The notes under the pieces: generated by a model | What the model saw: only the letters and a program-made list of their open reading frames with translations | What the model was told of the DNA's origin: nothing | Database searches by the model: none | Assembly (NCBI GenBank): GCA_049999805.1 | Contig: JBNGIO010006348.1 | Location: 497,452-517,451 of the forward strand | Origin: Folioceros fuciformis | Lineage: Eukaryota | DNA: 20,000 bases | Reading direction: 5' to 3' | Program-made: the position numbers and the translations under genes | Shown here: piece by piece, positions 19,912-20,000 of the stretch | Layout of the letters: each line of letters opens with the position of its first letter | How positions within the stretch are numbered: position 1 is the first letter of the stretch

Positions 19912-19992
19912 ATGGGACCTAAAAAGAAGAAAGGCAAGAAAGGCAAAAAGGGCAAAAAATCAGAGCCTAAACATGATTCAGGATGGGAAAAA
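19912..19992 (+). CDS. Probable first exon of a gene running off the window; Lys-rich N-terminus
   Basis: ATAATGG start, MGPKKKKGKKGKKGKKSEPKHDSGWEK, followed by a candidate donor GTAAAT at 19993. Confidence 0.55.
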
Positions 19993-20000
19993 GTAAATCC

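Noticed and set aside
1-20000. CRISPR arrays, tRNA/rRNA genes, prokaryotic operons
   Set aside because: No repeat-spacer periodicity or recognisable structural RNA seen; spliceosomal introns show the DNA is eukaryotic.

Overview
Eukaryotic nuclear DNA from a land plant. Short GT-AG introns (mostly ~75-210 bp) and very tight gene packing suggest a compact seed-free plant genome, plausibly a hornwort (inference). The left ~5.2 kb is an AT-richer, mutationally decayed accessory region. Stitching its minus-strand frames by hand reveals a ~1000-codon pseudogene (3366->~281). It has a ParB/Srx-like domain ('VLDGNHS') fused to a prokaryote-type beta-class N4C/N6A DNA methyltransferase ('HQVIIGD..LLDFPRG' ... 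'TPY*KPLGLI..LFSD*GEWIRDGY*GSG..LAALLERQNCIVVD'). A second, unidentified decayed ORF lies at ~4300-5220. The ORF track misses this MTase, which is the main finding. The rest is four co-oriented + strand genes: an 8-exon GPI-anchored PI-PLC X-domain protein, an intronless L-2-hydroxyglutarate dehydrogenase only ~210 bp downstream, a 15-exon KONJAC/GMPPA-like gene with a GC-AG intron, and a ~1200-1300 aa disordered protein with one GRF-type zinc finger and a 207-bp internal duplication. The first exon of a Lys-rich gene appears at the right edge. All calls come from manual translation and motif recall; no database search was run.
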